A stretch of DNA of 64,000 bases. It comes from an uncultured Gammaproteobacteria bacterium. Its GTDB lineage: Bacteria > Patescibacteriota > Patescibacteriia > Patescibacteriales > UBA12465. The position numbers and the translations under genes are program-made. How positions within the stretch are numbered: the stretch's first letter is position 1; each line of letters begins with the position of its first letter. Under the pieces are notes generated by a model that made no database searches, was not told where the DNA came from, and saw only the letters and a program-made list of their open reading frames with translations. Shown here piece by piece: positions 1 through 9,197 of the stretch. The DNA is taken from positions 7,870-71,869 of the forward strand of contig CAYXNV010000001.1 in assembly GCA_964466835.1 (NCBI GenBank). Direction: 5' to 3'.

Positions 1-541
1 TCTCAGCAATCTCTTCTACAGTGCCTATACCATTAATGGTTTTTAGGATTCCCATTGATTGATAAAAGTTTAACAATGGTTCGGTTTCTTCTCTATATAC
101 TTGAAATCTTTTTTTAATAGTTTCTTCATTATCATCTGATCTCCCAGATGTTTCTGCTCTTAATAATAATCTTTTCAGAGCCTCCTCTTCATCTGTTTCT
201 AGATTTATAACTCCATTCAATTTTAAATCATTTTTTTCTAAAATATCATTTAATATCTCTGCTTGTTCTAATGATCTTGGATAGCCGTCAAAGATAAAGC
301 CGGCGCCATCTTTATTTTTTTCAATATTAATTCTCATTATATCAGTAATGAGTTCATCGGGAACTAAAGTTCCTTCTTCTACCCACTTTTTTATTTTTTC
401 CCCTAATTCACTGTCAGAATTTATTTCTTCCCGAAGAAGACTCCCAATAGAAAGATGGGTTAAATTATGATTTTCTACTATCAAGTCAGCTTGTGTTCCT
501 TTGCCGGCTCCGGGTGAGCCAAAGATGATGATATTTTTCAT
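1..541 (-). CDS. adk: adenylate kinase (3' end cut by window edge; not in ORF track)
   Basis: Own translation from ATG at 541-539 gives MKNIIIFGSPGAGKGTQADLIVENHNLTHLSIGSLLREE...FDGYPRSLEQAE. It has the P-loop GxPGxGKGT and the FDGYPR motif of adenylate kinases. The frame stays open to position 1. Confidence 0.85.
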   Translation of the reverse strand, partial: MKNIIIFGSPGAGKGTQADLIVENHNLTHLSIGSLLREEINSDSELGEKIKKWVEEGTLVPDELITDIMRINIEKNKDGAGFIFDGYPRSLEQAEILNDILEKNDLKLNGVINLETDEEEALKRLLLRAETSGRSDDNEETIKKRFQVYREETEPLLNFYQSMGILKTINGIGTVEEIAE

Positions 542-557
542 AAATTAATTATATTTG

Positions 558-630
558 TGCCTCGTGTAGGGTTCGAACCTACGACCGTCTCCTTAAGAGG
601 GAGCCGCTCTACCAGCTGAGCTAACGAGGC
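558..630 (-). tRNA. tRNA-Lys (anticodon CTT)
   Basis: The reverse complement folds as a cloverleaf. Acceptor is gcctcgt/acgaggc, T arm is gtagg-ttcgaac-cctac, and the anticodon loop is ctCTTaa. No encoded CCA. Confidence 0.9.
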
Positions 631-1319
631 TGATTATTTATTATTGTTTTGTTATATATTTCATCAATCCAGGTCATAATTCTATGTCTAAGATTTTCCA
701 TTCCTTTCCCTTGCACCCTTATTCTAATAATTCCATATTCTAAAATTTTTTTTCTATGTCCAGTCCCCTTTGGCTTAATAGAACTTTTGCCGAAATTTTC
801 TAAAGGTATGCCAGTGATAGTCGACCAGTGTTTTTTTATTTTTAAATCATTGTTACCTGAATGTATGTGTAAATGAGCTTTTATCTGTTTTGAAATATCT
901 ATATTTAAAAATTTTTCAAACCATTTTATCATAAATATTATGATTTTTTCATCAGAATTAGTAACAGAAAGTCCTACAGTTTTGCAACCTTCGCCCCAAT
1001 AAATCATTGCTCCAGCTATTAAAAAAGAAGATTCACTAATCTCTTTATTTTTCATTTCTTTTCTAGCTAATTTTTTAACATTTTCAATTTCTAATAATCT
1101 TTTCTCGTGCAGCCTCTTCGATCCTAACTTTAAAATTTTTAATTTATTTAAATTTAAATTACTATATTGTTTGGGTGATAATTTTATATCTCTACACCAT
1201 AAACTCACATTACTTTTTGATATATTGCAATGATTAGCTATTTTTCTGTAGCTTAATCCCTTTTTTCTTAATTTTCTTGCAGTATTATATATTTTTTTAT
1301 TTTTTGGATTTCGAACCAT
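621..1319 (-). CDS. HTH domain + LAGLIDADG-type homing-endonuclease-like protein
   Basis: An N-terminal HTH-like segment reads GLSYRKIANHCNISKSNVSLWCRDI. A single LAGLIDADG-like motif reads LIAGAMIYWGEGCK. The gene lies between tRNA genes, and its stop codon TAG is formed by nt 8-10 of tRNA-Lys. Confidence 0.6.
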   Translation of the reverse strand: MVRNPKNKKIYNTARKLRKKGLSYRKIANHCNISKSNVSLWCRDIKLSPKQYSNLNLNKLKILKLGSKRLHEKRLLEIENVKKLARKEMKNKEISESSFLIAGAMIYWGEGCKTVGLSVTNSDEKIIIFMIKWFEKFLNIDISKQIKAHLHIHSGNNDLKIKKHWSTITGIPLENFGKSSIKPKGTGHRKKILEYGIIRIRVQGKGMENLRHRIMTWIDEIYNKTIINNQPR

Positions 1320-1368
1320 ACAATTATGTTATATAGCAATTATACCATAAAAACAAAAAAATAAATAG

Positions 1369-1442
1369 TGGCGGGGGCGGGGATTGAACCCGCGACCTTG
1401 GCGTTATGAGTGCCACGCTCTAACCAACTGAGCTACCCAGCC
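1369..1442 (-). tRNA. tRNA with CAT anticodon (elongator Met or Ile2; not the initiator)
   Basis: The reverse complement is ggctgggtagctcagttggttagagc...ctCATaa...gcgggttcaatccccgc. It forms a cloverleaf with one acceptor-stem mismatch. Confidence 0.8.
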
Positions 1443-1461
1443 GTATTTTTCAATTACAACG

Positions 1462-1535
1462 CGCGCCCGGCAGGACTCGAACCTACAACCCCTTGGTCCG
1501 AAGCCAAGTGCTCTATCCAATTGAGCTACGGGCGC
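1462..1535 (-). tRNA. tRNA-Arg (anticodon TCG)
   Basis: The reverse complement is gcgcccgtagctcaattggatagagc, with anticodon stem-loop cttgg-ctTCGga-ccaag and T arm gtagg-ttcgagt-cctgc. Confidence 0.9.
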
Positions 1536-1541
1536 CTATTT

Positions 1542-1829
1542 CTATCGGTTTCCCTTTAGAGCTTGTTTAAGATGATAGCCAGTTTTAAATTTGGCTACTT
1601 TTACTTCAGGGATAGTGATTCTTTCGCTTGGTTTTTGAGGATTAACACCACCACGAGCATAACGAACACGAGAAAGGAAAGTGCCAAAACCAGCAATTGT
1701 CACTTCTCGGTCGTTCTTGAGCTCATCAATAATAGTGTCGGTTAGGACATCTATCATCTTTTCAGCCTGTTTTTTGTTGAGGCCATCGACTTTTTTATAG
1801 ATTCGGTCGATGAGTTGAGCTTTGTTCAT
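1542..1829 (-). CDS. hup: HU/IHF-family DNA-binding protein
   Basis: This 95-aa protein contains MNKAQLIDRIYKK...TIAGFGTF...RGGVNPQKPSERITIPEVKVAKFKTG, the typical HU fold signature. Confidence 0.9.
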   Translation of the reverse strand: MNKAQLIDRIYKKVDGLNKKQAEKMIDVLTDTIIDELKNDREVTIAGFGTFLSRVRYARGGVNPQKPSERITIPEVKVAKFKTGYHLKQALKGNR

Positions 1830-1856
1830 ATATTTGTATATATTAGTTATTTTTAT

Positions 1857-3380
1857 CTAGCGAGCATATTCTGTTACTCTCATTTCTCGGATTACATTCA
1901 CTTTTATCTCCCCTGGGTATTTTAACTCATTTTCTATCTTTTTTGCAATATCTCTAGCCAAATTATGGGCTTTTAGGTCATCAATCTCTTCCGGCTCTAC
2001 AAACACCCTAACTTCGCGTCCAGCCTGGATAGCATAGGCTTTTTCAATGCCTTCAAAGGTGGTAGCGATCTTTTCTAGTTCTTCTAGTCGTTGAAGATAG
2101 TTTTCATAGTTATCATTTCTAGCTCCTGGTCGAGCAGAAGAGATAGCGTCAGCTACTTTTACAATTACCGATATCAAAGAAGCTGGTTTATCATCATGAT
2201 GAGTAGCAATTGGAGCAATAATTTCTTCAGAGAGATTGAATTTTTTAGCAATATCACGTCCAATTTCAGTGTGATTACCCTGAACTTCATGATCAACTGC
2301 TTTCCCAATATCGTGTAATAGTCCGCCCTTTTTAGCTAAAGTAATATCGGCTCCTAGTTCTTCAGCTAGCATAGCTGATAGATGAGACACTTCAATTGAG
2401 TGTCGTAGAGCATTTTGCCCGTAACTAGTTCGATATTTTAAGCGACCTAAAATTTGAATTAGCTTAGGATCAAATCCAGTTACACCAACTTCATAGGTAG
2501 CTTCTTCTCCAGCCTTCTTAATATCTAAAGAAATATCTTTTTTAGCAGTTTCAACTGCTTCTTCAATTTTAGTGGGATGAATACGACCATCTTTAATCAA
2601 ATAATCTAAAGTTTTTTTAGCAATATGACGACGAATTAGAGAAAAACCGGAAATAGTTATAGCATTGGGAGTGTCGTCAACAATAATTTCAACTCCAGTC
2701 ATTTGTTCGATTGCTTTAATATTTCGTCCTTCACGGCCAATAACTCGACCCTTCATTTCATCGTTAGGTAAATCAACGGTGGTAGTAGTTAATTCAACAG
2801 TATAGGCTGATACCATTCTTTGCATAGCTAAGGCCATCAGATCTTTGGCTTTTTCATTTATTTTTTCTTCTGATTCCTCTTCTAATTTTTTAATTCTCAC
2901 CATTAAATCTTCAGCATTTTTTTCTTCAGTAATTTTTAATAGAGTTTCTTTAGCTTCTTCTTGGTTTAATTTAGCAACTTCTTCTAATTTTTTAAGTTGG
3001 TCTTCTTTAATGCTTTTAATTTTTTCTTTGATCTCTTGGACCTCGTTAACTTTATCATAGAGCTTTTGTTGTTTCTCTTGGAGATCTAACAATTTTTGCG
3101 AAAAAGCGGTCTCTCTTTTTTCTAAACGTTTTTGTAGATTATTGATTTCATTGCGTCGTTGAGCTTCATCTTTTTTTGAATCTTCTAACACTTTCAAAGC
3201 TTTGTCCTGAGCTTTTAATAATAGTTCTTTTTCTTTAGTTTTGGCGTCGTTAATAATCTTTTCTGCTCTTTCAGCGGCACTATTGGCTCTAGTAGCGGCA
3301 CTTTTTTTATAGAATAGATAACCAACAAAAAAACCACCAATCGCTAGGGCAACATATAAAACATACTGTAGGTATTCCAT
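1857..3380 (-). CDS. rny: ribonuclease Y
   Basis: It has an N-terminal TM helix, a coiled-coil region, a KH domain (GRVIGREGRNIKAIEQMTGV) and an HD domain (LLHDIGKAVDHE). Confidence 0.9.
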   Translation of the reverse strand: MEYLQYVLYVALAIGGFFVGYLFYKKSAATRANSAAERAEKIINDAKTKEKELLLKAQDKALKVLEDSKKDEAQRRNEINNLQKRLEKRETAFSQKLLDLQEKQQKLYDKVNEVQEIKEKIKSIKEDQLKKLEEVAKLNQEEAKETLLKITEEKNAEDLMVRIKKLEEESEEKINEKAKDLMALAMQRMVSAYTVELTTTTVDLPNDEMKGRVIGREGRNIKAIEQMTGVEIIVDDTPNAITISGFSLIRRHIAKKTLDYLIKDGRIHPTKIEEAVETAKKDISLDIKKAGEEATYEVGVTGFDPKLIQILGRLKYRTSYGQNALRHSIEVSHLSAMLAEELGADITLAKKGGLLHDIGKAVDHEVQGNHTEIGRDIAKKFNLSEEIIAPIATHHDDKPASLISVIVKVADAISSARPGARNDNYENYLQRLEELEKIATTFEGIEKAYAIQAGREVRVFVEPEEIDDLKAHNLARDIAKKIENELKYPGEIKVNVIREMRVTEYAR

Positions 3381-3684
3381 ATAAGTTTATTGCCTGTTTT
3401 AGGAATTAAAGGTGGCCAGAAAAGGTATTAAATTTTGAAAAACAATAACCACTTATTTAAGTGTTATTTGAGAAGATGTAATGACTGATTATTTTTAATT
3501 TTTTTAGCTAATTTTAGATTAAAAAATAGTAATAACATAACTAATTAATCTTCAAAAATAAGTTTCAGACGACCATTGATGGTGGTTAATTTTCCGTATT
3601 ATTCCTAAAAACAGATTTTAATTAATTTATAATTTTACGAATTTACTTTAGCATTTATTTTTTGGTTTGTAAAGGGTTTTTAAA

Positions 3685-3713
3685 TTTACTATTTTAGATT
3701 TTTTTGCTATAAT
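3685..3713 (+). promoter_or_regulatory. sigma70-like promoter (TTTACT-17-TGcTATAAT)
   Basis: An extended -10 TGcTATAAT lies at 3705-3713 and a -35-like TTTACT at 3685-3690. The element is about 45 nt upstream of a perfect SD (AAGGAGG) and the ATG at 3758. Confidence 0.55.
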
Positions 3714-3757
3714 TAACTCATATTTAACCCTGTTCTTTATTTAAAAAAGGAGGAAAA

Positions 3758-3958
3758 ATGAGCTATCATCACATAACTGATTTATATCTTGAAAATAATA
3801 ATCCCCCTACCTGTGTTTGCGGTGAAGAAATGTTTGCTGAAGACGATCATGGGCGTTTTAGATGTATTTGTGGTAAAAGGAAAACAGTTACTATTGGTGA
3901 ATCATCATCAGTAACAGCAGTTTTTGGTCCAAGAAAATTTTCGTTTTTTGGGCAATAA
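3758..3958 (+). CDS. small zinc-ribbon-like protein (66 aa), function unknown
   Basis: It contains CVCGEE...x13...CICGK (two CxC pairs). It has the strong SD aaggaggaaaaATG, its own promoter and its own terminator. Confidence 0.6.
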   Translation: MSYHHITDLYLENNNPPTCVCGEEMFAEDDHGRFRCICGKRKTVTIGESSSVTAVFGPRKFSFFGQ

Positions 3959-3982
3959 GAATTAAATTAAAGTGTATATAAT

Positions 3983-4012
3983 AACGAAGAGGTTATCCCC
4001 TTCGTTTTTTAT
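3983..4012 (+). terminator. rho-independent terminator
   Basis: The stem is acgaag(a)gg / cc(c)cttcgt, followed by tttttt. Confidence 0.7.
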
Positions 4013-4028
4013 ATTTTTTAATCTTTCA

Positions 4029-4057
4029 TTGACTAAACGCTAAAAATAGAGTAATAT
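4029..4057 (+). promoter_or_regulatory. sigma70-like promoter (TTGACT-17-TAATAT) upstream of infB
   Basis: TTGACT lies at 4029-4034, followed by a 17-nt spacer and TAATAT at 4052-4057. Confidence 0.55.
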
Positions 4058-4106
4058 TAATAAATAATATTAGCTAAGGTTGTAATAACCTTTTTATTTT
4101 ATCTCT

Positions 4107-6080
4107 ATGAATATTACTGAACTAGCTAGAATTTTAAAGATTAATCCTCAGGAGTTGCGTGATTTATTACCACAACTCGGTTTTAGTATTGGTCAAAAAG
4201 CAATTAAAGTTGATAATAATACTGCTAAGACAATTATTAAAAATTGGCCAATGTATAGACGTCAATTAGAAGAGAAAAGAAGGGTAGAAGAGATAAAAAA
4301 ACAAGATGAAGTTTTGCCCAAGGAAACTAAGACTATTTCTATTCCTCAGATTATTACAGTTAGAGCTTTTGCTGAAACAGCTCAAATTCCAGTTAATCGA
4401 GTTTTAGCAGAATTAATGAAGAATGGTGTTTTTGCTTCTATTAATGAAAAAATTGATTTTGATACCGCCCTAATTATTGGTTCCGATCTTAATTTAGATG
4501 TTAAATTGGCCGCTGATGATTTAGATGAAGATGATAAAGAAGATAAAAAATTAGAAACTATTTTAGGAAAAGAAAAATCTAAAGACCTAAAAAGTCGTCC
4601 AGCTGTGATTGTAGTCATGGGTCATGTTGATCATGGTAAGACTAAGTTATTAGATTCCATTAGAGAAACAGATGTAATAGCCGGAGAGGCTGGCGGGATT
4701 ACTCAACATATTGGTGCTTATCAGGTTCATCGAAAAGATCAACTTATCACCTTTATTGATACTCCTGGGCATGAAGCTTTTACCGCTATGCGTAGCCGAG
4801 GAGCTAAGGTAGCTGATATTGCTATTTTAGTGGTAGCGGCCGATGATGGAGTCAAGCCTCAAACAGTCGAAGCTTATAGAATTATTGAAGCGGCCAAGAT
4901 TCCTTTTATTGTTGCAATTAATAAAATTGATAAACCAGCGGCTGATGTTAATAAAACCAAACAAGAATTATCCTCTCAACTTAAAATTACTCCAGAAGAT
5001 TGGGGCGGTAAAACAATTTGTGTACCTATTTCTGCTAAAGAGGGTCAAGGGATTGAAGAGTTATTAGATATGGTGTTATTAGTAGCCGAAACTGAAGCTT
5101 CAAATCTAAAAGCTAACGCTGATACTTCGGCTGCGGGCACAGTTGTTGAATCTAATGTTGATAAAACTGCTGGCCCCATTGCTACAATTTTAGTACAAAA
5201 TGGAACTTTACGAGTTGGTGATCAGCTTTGTTTTAATGATGTAATTTACGGTAAAGTAAAATCACTGAAGGATTATAAGGGCGAGGATATAACAGAAGCA
5301 ATTCCTTCTACTCCAGCTAAAATTCTTGGCTTAAAAATTTCTCCAGCTGTAGGTGATATTTTAACAGTTGGTGATGGACGTAAGGTAAAAGCTAAAAAAA
5401 TTAAAACTTCTCTTTCAGTTCCTGAAATAACACCAACAGAAACAGAAGAAGGGAAAGAAGATGATATTCCTAAGATAAACTTAATTATTAAGAGTGACTT
5501 TTTAGGTTCAGCTGAAGCAATTGAAGAATCTCTATTGAAGTTAAATAATGAAAAAGTTAAAGTAAAAATTATTTCTAAAGCTTTAGGTAACATAACAGAA
5601 GGAGACATTAAACGAGCCGAAGATTCAGACGCCAAAATACTTGGTTTTCATATTAAAATATCACCAGCAATTGAAACTTTAATTAGAGAAAGAAAAGTGG
5701 ATGTCAAAACTTTTTCAGTCATCTATGATTTAATTGAGTTTGTTAGAAATGAAATGCAATTATTAGTTAAACCAGAGATTAATCGAGTTGATTTGGGAAG
5801 GGTTAAAGTATTAGCTATTTTTAGAACAGAAAATAATAATCAAATTGTGGGCGGCAAAGTATTGGATGGCTCCATTAAAAATAATAGTTTAGTAGAAATA
5901 GAGCGAGATGGTAATTTTGTTGATCGAGGAAAATTAACTCAATTACAGACTGGTAAACAGGATGTTAGTGAGATTAATAAGGATGAAGAGTGTGGCTTAA
6001 AGTATGAAGGTAAGCCAATAATTCAAGAAGGCGATGTTTTGAAAATTTATCAAGAGGAAAGAATCGTTGATAAATTATAA
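4107..6080 (+). CDS. infB: translation initiation factor IF-2
   Basis: G-domain motifs are [13 protein letters not shown] and NKID. The C-terminal IF-2 domains are present. Confidence 0.95.
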   Translation: MNITELARILKINPQELRDLLPQLGFSIGQKAIKVDNNTAKTIIKNWPMYRRQLEEKRRVEEIKKQDEVLPKETKTISIPQIITVRAFAETAQIPVNRVLAELMKNGVFASINEKIDFDTALIIGSDLNLDVKLAADDLDEDDKEDKKLETILGKEKSKDLKSRPAVIVVMGHVDHGKTKLLDSIRETDVIAGEAGGITQHIGAYQVHRKDQLITFIDTPGHEAFTAMRSRGAKVADIAILVVAADDGVKPQTVEAYRIIEAAKIPFIVAINKIDKPAADVNKTKQELSSQLKITPEDWGGKTICVPISAKEGQGIEELLDMVLLVAETEASNLKANADTSAAGTVVESNVDKTAGPIATILVQNGTLRVGDQLCFNDVIYGKVKSLKDYKGEDITEAIPSTPAKILGLKISPAVGDILTVGDGRKVKAKKIKTSLSVPEITPTETEEGKEDDIPKINLIIKSDFLGSAEAIEESLLKLNNEKVKVKIISKALGNITEGDIKRAEDSDAKILGFHIKISPAIETLIRERKVDVKTFSVIYDLIEFVRNEMQLLVKPEINRVDLGRVKVLAIFRTENNNQIVGGKVLDGSIKNNSLVEIERDGNFVDRGKLTQLQTGKQDVSEINKDEECGLKYEGKPIIQEGDVLKIYQEERIVDKL

Positions 6081-6081
6081 T

Positions 6082-6408
6082 ATGTCTAAATCAGAACGTA
6101 TTAATGAACTTATTCTTGAAGAATTGGCTTCAGCAGTTAATAAAGAAGTAGCTTTAGAGAATGCTTTAATTACAGTTACTTATGTTGACTGCTCTCCAGA
6201 CCTAAAACAAGCTAAAGTTGGAATTTCAGTTTTGCCAGATAATTTAGCCGGCACTGCCTTAAAGATGATGAAGGCAAAAACTGGGGCAATTGTTGGTATA
6301 TTAAAGAAAAAAACTCGTTTACGCCGTTTTCCCCATCTTAATTGGGAATTTGACTCAACCGAGAAAGAGGCTGATAAAATTGATAAATTAATAAAGGGAA
6401 TTGAATAA
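6082..6408 (+). CDS. rbfA: ribosome-binding factor A
   Basis: The sequence MSKSERINELILEELASAV... is RbfA-like. I prefer the ATG at 6082, just after the infB stop, over the track's TTG at 6067. Confidence 0.8.
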   Translation: MSKSERINELILEELASAVNKEVALENALITVTYVDCSPDLKQAKVGISVLPDNLAGTALKMMKAKTGAIVGILKKKTRLRRFPHLNWEFDSTEKEADKIDKLIKGIE

Positions 6409-6431
6409 AAATTGAATAAATTAAGTATATA

Positions 6432-6462
6432 GAAAAAATCCAGCTAGGTCTGGACTTTTTTA
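6432..6462 (+). terminator. putative rho-independent terminator
   Basis: The short stem tccag-ctaggt-ctgga is followed by cttttttatt. Confidence 0.45.
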
Positions 6463-6487
6463 TTATTTTCTATTAGAATAATAGGCT

Positions 6488-7489
6488 ATGGATTTAGAAA
6501 ACAGATTACAATCAGCTTGTCAAAAGATAAAAAAGGCGAAAAAAATCTTGATCGTCGGTCATATTGCGCCCGATGCTGATGCTTTAGCCTCGGTTGGCGC
6601 TATGATTGAAGTTGCGCAAAGTTTTGATATAGAAGTATTTGCCTATAGTGGACAAAAGCCGGCTACAGCTTATAACTTTATCCCTAATGAAAGTAAAATA
6701 TCTAAACAGCCTCCATCAGACTTGGCGTCTTTTGATGTTATTCTGATTCTTGATTGTGGCCAAATGTCTCGAACTGGCCTAGAGAAGGAAATTAAAGAAT
6801 TACTATTAAAACCAATTGACTCTAGACCTTGTCTAATTGAATTTGATCATCATCAGTCTCAATCAACCTATGCTGATTTAGAGATTCGTTCCCCGGAAAA
6901 AGCTTCAACTACAGAAATTATTTATAATTTTCTTAAAGCAAACGATTTAGAGATAACAAAACCGTTAGCTGATTGTATATTAATTGGCCTCATTACTGAT
7001 ACTGGTAATTTTTTTCACGCTAATGCCTCTCGTGATGCTTTAGCTATCTCTTCAGAGATGCTTTTATTAGGTGCGTCTTTACCTCGCATAATTAGCCACA
7101 CAGTTTATAATAGGAATTTTATATCAATGAAAGTTTGGGGCAGAGTATTAGAAAATATGGTGTTTAATTCTGAAACAGGCTTAATCGTTTCTGCTTTAAC
7201 CAAAAAAGAATTAGACGAATTTTTATTAATTGATGAAATTGAATCTCAAGCTGACTTATTTGGCGATATTGTTTCTTTTTTAAACTCTTTGTCTGGCGTG
7301 AAGGTTGCCTTGCTTTTACGAGAGAAGGGGGGAGAGGTAAAAGGAAGCCTACGCACTAGTTCAAATAAGATAGATGTTGCTAAAATTGCCCAAAACTTCA
7401 ATGGTGGTGGTCATCAAAAAGCAGCTGGCTTTACTGTAAAAGGATATCTAGAAAGAACTAAAACTGGTTGGAATGTTGTTAAAAATTAA
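6488..7489 (+). CDS. nrnA: DHH/DHHA1 phosphoesterase (NrnA-like oligoribonuclease/pAp phosphatase)
   Basis: Motifs are GHIAPDADALAS, FDHHQS and the C-terminal GGGHQKAAG. Confidence 0.8.
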   Translation: MDLENRLQSACQKIKKAKKILIVGHIAPDADALASVGAMIEVAQSFDIEVFAYSGQKPATAYNFIPNESKISKQPPSDLASFDVILILDCGQMSRTGLEKEIKELLLKPIDSRPCLIEFDHHQSQSTYADLEIRSPEKASTTEIIYNFLKANDLEITKPLADCILIGLITDTGNFFHANASRDALAISSEMLLLGASLPRIISHTVYNRNFISMKVWGRVLENMVFNSETGLIVSALTKKELDEFLLIDEIESQADLFGDIVSFLNSLSGVKVALLLREKGGEVKGSLRTSSNKIDVAKIAQNFNGGGHQKAAGFTVKGYLERTKTGWNVVKN

Positions 7490-7506
7490 TAGGACATAAA
7501 TATAAC

Positions 7507-7537
7507 AAAAAAGACTCAGATTAATCTGAGTCTTTTT
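7507..7537. terminator. bidirectional rho-independent terminator
   Basis: The sequence aaaaaaGACTCAGAttaaTCTGAGTCttttt has an 8-bp stem flanked by an A-run and a T-run. It lies between convergent genes. Confidence 0.75.
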
Positions 7538-8002
7538 CTATTTAATCTTTTTTAAGTCTTTTTTCAGAAATACAAAGTGATAATTGGGGTCGTTATTGGT
7601 AGTATTGATTTTTGTAAGATAATAATTTCTTTTTAACATTAAGCAAATCATTTCCCTGGAAACATTGTATACTTTTACAGTTACTTCTTTGTACCCTTTT
7701 TTTGTGGCATACTTTTCGGTTAAGTTTAGGAGTTTAGTGGCTATTTTTTGCTTTCTATATTTTTTATCAACTCCTAAAACCCATAAATACCAAGAATCCT
7801 TTTGCGGGAAAGATATTAAATTACCGACTAAGCAATCATCTACTTTAGCTAAATATATTAAAGAATTTTTATTAATCTTTTTTTGATATTGTTTTAGAGA
7901 GTATGGTTCAGTTTGGTAAATTTTTTTGAAAATATGGTAGTTAAAAGAAACTATTTCTTCTAAATCGTTTTCATTTCCTTGTATTATTTTTATTTTTTCC
8001 AT
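7538..8002 (-). CDS. GNAT-family N-acetyltransferase
   Basis: This 154-aa protein carries the acetyl-CoA motif-A-like segment LGVDKKYRKQKIATKLL. Confidence 0.7.
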   Translation of the reverse strand: MEKIKIIQGNENDLEEIVSFNYHIFKKIYQTEPYSLKQYQKKINKNSLIYLAKVDDCLVGNLISFPQKDSWYLWVLGVDKKYRKQKIATKLLNLTEKYATKKGYKEVTVKVYNVSREMICLMLKRNYYLTKINTTNNDPNYHFVFLKKDLKKIK

Positions 8003-8020
8003 ATTTACAAGTAGTAAAGA

Positions 8021-8692
8021 TTAACTTTTTTGGCTCTTTAAATTTTTTTGTTTCCATTTTTCTATTTCTTTATGATTTCCAGAGAGTAGCACTTTGGGGA
8101 CAGAATATTTTTTTTTGTTGATTGTAAATGTTTCTGGGCGAGTATATTGAGGATATTCAATAGAATTTTCTTTTGAGTGGGATTCATCGGTTAGGCTGTC
8201 TTTGTTTCCTAAGACATTAGGGAGTAGTCTAGTGATGGAGTCAATCATAGTTAGGGCTGGTAATTCACCACCAGTTAAAACGTAATCACCAACTGATATT
8301 TTTTCATCAATAAATTTTTCTATTCTCGCATCCACTCCTTCATATCTTCCGCAGATAAATATTACTTCTTCTAGTTTAGAATATTTCTTAGCTAAGTTTT
8401 GATTCCATTTTTTACCTCCAGGGGATAATAGGACGATTTTTCTTTTTTTATTTACTTTTTTCTTCTTAATAATATGTTGTATCGCTTTATAGACTGGCTC
8501 TACCTTCATTAACATTCCCGCCCCACCACCATAGGGAGTATCATCAACTGTTTTGTGTTTGTCAGTTGCCCATTTACGTAGGTTGTGGATTTTAATATTA
8601 ATTTGTTTCTTTTCTTGGGCACGCTTAAGAATGCTTTCATTCAAATATGAATCAAATATTTTAGGAAAAATTGTTATTAGATGAAATTTCAT
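8021..8692 (-). CDS. trmD: tRNA (guanine37-N1)-methyltransferase
   Basis: It contains MKFHLITIFPKIF, DDTPYGGGAGMLMK and DYVLTGGELPA. Confidence 0.95.
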   Translation of the reverse strand: MKFHLITIFPKIFDSYLNESILKRAQEKKQINIKIHNLRKWATDKHKTVDDTPYGGGAGMLMKVEPVYKAIQHIIKKKKVNKKRKIVLLSPGGKKWNQNLAKKYSKLEEVIFICGRYEGVDARIEKFIDEKISVGDYVLTGGELPALTMIDSITRLLPNVLGNKDSLTDESHSKENSIEYPQYTRPETFTINKKKYSVPKVLLSGNHKEIEKWKQKNLKSQKS

Positions 8693-8708
8693 ATATATAT
8701 TATAACAA

Positions 8709-8736
8709 AAAGGTCGTGGTTTAGCACGACCTTTTT
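8709..8736 (-). terminator. rho-independent terminator between the KH gene and trmD
   Basis: The stem is GGTCGTG-gtttag-CACGACC. On the minus strand it is followed by tttttgtta. Confidence 0.65.
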
Positions 8737-8754
8737 GTTTATTCTAATGTTGTC

Positions 8755-9072
8755 TTAGATTTTTAAATCATCAATCGCAGAAGTGTCAACCTCTTCCTGG
8801 CGAGGAGCGCTAGGACGGTTACCTCCTTCTGGATCATAAATTTTTAAGTTAACACGAGAGTTGTTCTTTGCACCAACGATTTTCAATAAAGTTCTGATCG
8901 CTTGCGCAGTTTGACCTTTACGGCCAATAACGTAACCCATGTCGGCTGGATTGATTTTAAGGGTCAATAGGACGCCTCTTTCATCAATCGTTCTTTCTAC
9001 GGCCACATCGTTTGGATTACCAACAATGTTTTTTACAATGGTTTCTAGAAACTGCTTGTCTTGATCTTCCAT
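8755..9072 (-). CDS. KH-domain RNA-binding protein (YlqC-like) with C-terminal extension
   Basis: The KH core reads VIGRKGQTAQAIRTLLKIVG. The gene sits in the conserved position after rpsP. Confidence 0.8.
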   Translation of the reverse strand: MEDQDKQFLETIVKNIVGNPNDVAVERTIDERGVLLTLKINPADMGYVIGRKGQTAQAIRTLLKIVGAKNNSRVNLKIYDPEGGNRPSAPRQEEVDTSAIDDLKI

Positions 9073-9079
9073 AATTTTG

Positions 9080-9123
9080 TTTCTCCTTCAAATTTCGGCT
9101 GAGATTAGTCTGTCAAATTTGAA
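9080..9123 (-). promoter_or_regulatory. 5' leader hairpin overlapping the SD of the KH-protein gene
   Basis: In the minus-strand RNA, ttcaaattt (9123-9115) pairs with aaatttgaa (9095-9087). The 3' arm runs into the SD GAAGGAG. Confidence 0.4.
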
Positions 9124-9169
9124 AGAAATTTCTTATTAAATTACTACTTATAGTAGTTCTATGTTAAAT

Positions 9170-9197
9170 ATTATAACATAAATTGTAAATTTGTCAA
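9170..9197 (-). promoter_or_regulatory. near-consensus sigma70 promoter (TTGACA-16-TGtTATAAT)
   Basis: The minus strand reads cTTGACAaatttacaatttaTGtTATAATatt, located between rpsP and the KH gene. Confidence 0.65.

Noticed and set aside
5273-5635. Antisense ORFs inside well-supported genes: 4382-4618, 5273-5635, 10526-10723, 11147-11602, 14514-14882, 18473-18790, 38419-38694, 50267-50584, 57576-57845 and 59332-59610
   Set aside because: Each is fully embedded antisense, or out of frame, in a conserved gene with clear family motifs. They have low-complexity composition and no independent signals.
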